NCBI RefSeq assembly: GCF_006345805.1
Contig: NW_021828257.1
Coordinates: 1-8,695, forward strand
Direction: 5' to 3'
From: Octopus sinensis
Taxonomy: Eukaryota
Length of the DNA stretch: 8,695 bases
The position numbers and the translations under genes are program-made. Positions 6,440-8,695 of the stretch are shown here, piece by piece (within the stretch, counting starts at the first letter, position 1; the number at the start of each line of letters is the position of its first letter). The notes beneath the pieces were generated by a model. That model searched no databases, was not told the DNA's origin, and saw nothing but the letters and a program-made list of their open reading frames with translations.

Positions 6440-6522
6440 CGTATATAATATGCAACAACTACTGATAAAAACATTAAAATATGTGTAATGCCTTTGAAGA
6501 ACAGTAACTCTACCGCAAAAGG

Positions 6523-6625
6523 GAAGAAGATGATGATGATGATGAAGAAGAAGAAGAAGAAGAAGAAGAAGAAGAAGAAGAAGAAGAAGAAGAAGAAGAA
6601 GAAGAAGAAGAAGAAGAAGAAGATT

Positions 6626-6666
<41 letters not shown>

Positions 6667-6700
6667 ATTTGTGATGTGCAGGAGGAGAAGGAGGAGGAAG
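6523..6700. repeat. Compound (GAT)5-(GAA)26-(GAT)13-(GGA) microsatellite
   Basis: Directly visible; source of the poly-K/M/L/H ORFs. Confidence 0.95.
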
Positions 6701-6937
6701 TAGGTAAAGAAATAAATGAAACACCCGCCAAGTCAGCCCAGATCGATTATCCTTCGTGTGTTGTAATCTCGCCATGATGGTTATCAGTTCTATATCACTG
6801 TCGCAACGTAGGATGCAATCATGTCTAACATCAAACACTTTGTTTTATCCGCCTTCATTTTCCCCGCAAGAATTATTTTTCGTGTTTGAAGCATTTTGTT
6901 TTGCCATATTTTTCTTGATATTCATTTTTTAAAAATC

Positions 6938-6975
6938 TTCTAACAGACTAATATTTGCTTTTTTTTTTTTTACAG
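6938..6975 (+). promoter_or_regulatory. Possible 3' splice acceptor
   Basis: Branch-like TTCTAAC (6938-6944) and GACTAAT (6946-6952), a 13-nt T tract, then ACAG ending at 6975. No matching exon or donor is established. Confidence 0.25.
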
Positions 6976-7017
6976 AATATGATATATATGTGATTTGCCG
7001 CCAGCAGACGAGTTCTT

Positions 7018-7275
7018 ATATGTGTATGTATACACGTATGTATGTATGTATGTATGTATGCATGTTTCTGTGCGTGTATGAATGTGTATATGTATGACGT
7101 GTGTATTTGTACAAGTATGTAAGCGTATATCTACATGTGTTTTATATATCTATATATGCATATCTACGTATGTACCTGTATTTATGCTCATATATATATA
7201 TATGTATGTGTATATATATCGATATATATATATGTGTGTGTGCATATGGACAGATAAACACATACATATATATAT
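7018..7275. repeat. Degenerate (TA)/(TG)/(TATG) low-complexity tract
   Basis: Directly visible. Confidence 0.9.
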
Positions 7276-7347
7276 GTAGATAGGTAGATAGATAGAAAGA
7301 CAGGCAGACAGATAGACAAATAGATAGATAGATAGATAGACAGAAAA

Positions 7348-7406
<59 letters not shown>

Positions 7407-7451
7407 TATTGTCAGATAGACAAATAGATAGATAGATGGATAGATAGAAAT

Positions 7452-7516
<65 letters not shown>

Positions 7517-7528
7517 CAGATAGACAAT

Positions 7529-7602
<74 letters not shown>

Positions 7603-7623
7603 TAGATAGATAGATAGATAGAT
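7276..7623. repeat. (GATA)n tetranucleotide array with a 104-bp higher-order period
   Basis: Long GATA run; the variant marker CAGATAGACAA recurs at 7309, 7413 and 7517. Confidence 0.92.
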
Positions 7624-8241
7624 AAATGTATTTATACGAATGTGTGCGTTATGTGATATGTATTTGTGTGTCTGACCGTTTGCGTGTGCGCATATGAATA
7701 ATGCATGTATATTTGTGTCCATATATGCTTGATAAAATTAGTTTTTTTAACTGCTGTAGAAATCCGATTATGAAGTGAATTTGTCTATGACCATCAAGCC
7801 CTTTCATGTAGCCCTCTTTATTTCTGGCAGAATAGTTTGATTTGAGAATGATTTGGCAGCCATTGTTAGCAAGTTGATTGACTATTTAGAATACCTCCAA
7901 TATTGGCTCTTTTATATTTCTATGGATGCATGCCTTTGTGTGTTTGTGCGCATGCCTGCTCTTTTATGCATGTTATTATAGTTGTCAACCGTAATCAAGC
8001 TTATCTGTCCTAAAAGACATTACAGCCGTAGCCATCCAGCCTTTTGTCTTGTGTGGTATCAATGCCTACTGCGACTTCCTTTAGTTAAGATTGTACGATG
8101 ATAATTCGATGGCTTCTAACAGCTATTTCCATCACTTACTCTTCAGTATCATTGGTTTCCATCATATCACCAATCACAGGACTTAAGTAATATGGAATGT
8201 CGTTTGAACTTAGTCTTCTGAATTAACTTATTTATATACAA

Positions 8242-8536
8242 CTAGCAGTATCGCCCGGCGTTGCTCGGGCTTGTAAGGGAAATAACTATATAAGCATTTT
8301 TAGAGAGTTATAGCCAAAAAATAGAAAAAAATGCATTAAAAATGGAAAAAAAATGATGGTAATTTTTTTTAAAATCGTAGACTCATCGTAGACGCGCGCT
8401 AATACCCAGAAAGGCTCGATATGAATCACGACTATAAGATACCCGGTTTTTGTTAAACTGCACCGCAAAATGTGGAAGTAGTTAGGAATCTAAATCGCAG
8501 GAGACAGACACACAATCTTACTTTTATATATAAAGA
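8242..8536 (-). mobile_element. Complete non-autonomous Helitron (295 bp)
   Basis: The minus strand starts A|TCTTTATATATAAAAG (5'-TC at 8536-8535) and ends GCCCGAGCAACGCCGGGC (hairpin, 8270-8253) GATACTG CTAG|T. It sits between host A and T with no TSD, so all Helitron terminal hallmarks are present. Confidence 0.88.
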
Positions 8537-8589
8537 TAAGCATTTTTTAATTTGTCTTAGGTTTCATTAAATTAAAAGCTGCATTCTTG

Positions 8590-8695
8590 CGACATTTTTC
8601 TGCTTTTTTATGTTCTGAGCTCAAATATAACCAGGGTCGAATTTGACTGTTGTTGTTTAGAAACCAATAAAACAAGTATCAGCTGACCACTGGAT
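8590..8695 (+). mobile_element. Strongly diverged family 1 SINE fragment running off the window
   Basis: TTATGTTCTGAGCTCAAAT...GGGTCGAATTTG...ATAAAACAAGTATCAGCTGACCACTGG is collinear with the body of the array units. Confidence 0.55.

Noticed and set aside
5786-6448. Longest ORF (220 aa)
   Set aside because: It runs antisense across the mariner 5' end, two SINEs and (TA)/(CA) tracts, so it is a chance open frame.
18-7722. ORF-track peptides rich in I, Y, K, M, L, H or SIYL repeats
   Set aside because: They are translations of microsatellites that lack stop codons in those frames, with no domain-like content.
7837-7890. Possible very old SINE remnant (GATTTGAGAATGATTTGGCAGCC)
   Set aside because: The resemblance rests only on memory of an octopus repeat and has no clear second copy in the window to confirm it.

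Overview
Eukaryotic, AT-rich, non-coding window made almost entirely of microsatellites and transposable-element relics. The repeat families and microsatellite load look like an octopus (cephalopod) genome; this is pattern recognition, not a search result. No intact protein-coding gene is supported. The ORF track is mostly microsatellite artefact; the exceptions are pieces of two dead transposon ORFs. Recognisable content: a decayed R4/Dong-type non-LTR retrotransposon 3' end (zinc knuckle plus restriction-like endonuclease, minus strand) inside (TAA)n arrays; a four-unit head-to-tail tRNA-SINE array bounded by one 15-bp direct repeat; several other tRNA-derived SINEs, one nested in another; a 5'-clipped tRNA-Asp(GTC) joined to a retroelement-type 3' tail that is triplicated with an 88-bp period; a mariner transposase relic; and a complete 295-bp non-autonomous Helitron. 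The most notable element is a type I hammerhead ribozyme with a fully intact catalytic core on the minus strand (4530-4606). It lies in a ~330-bp block bounded on both sides by (TA)n and is a candidate retrozyme or Penelope-type element.
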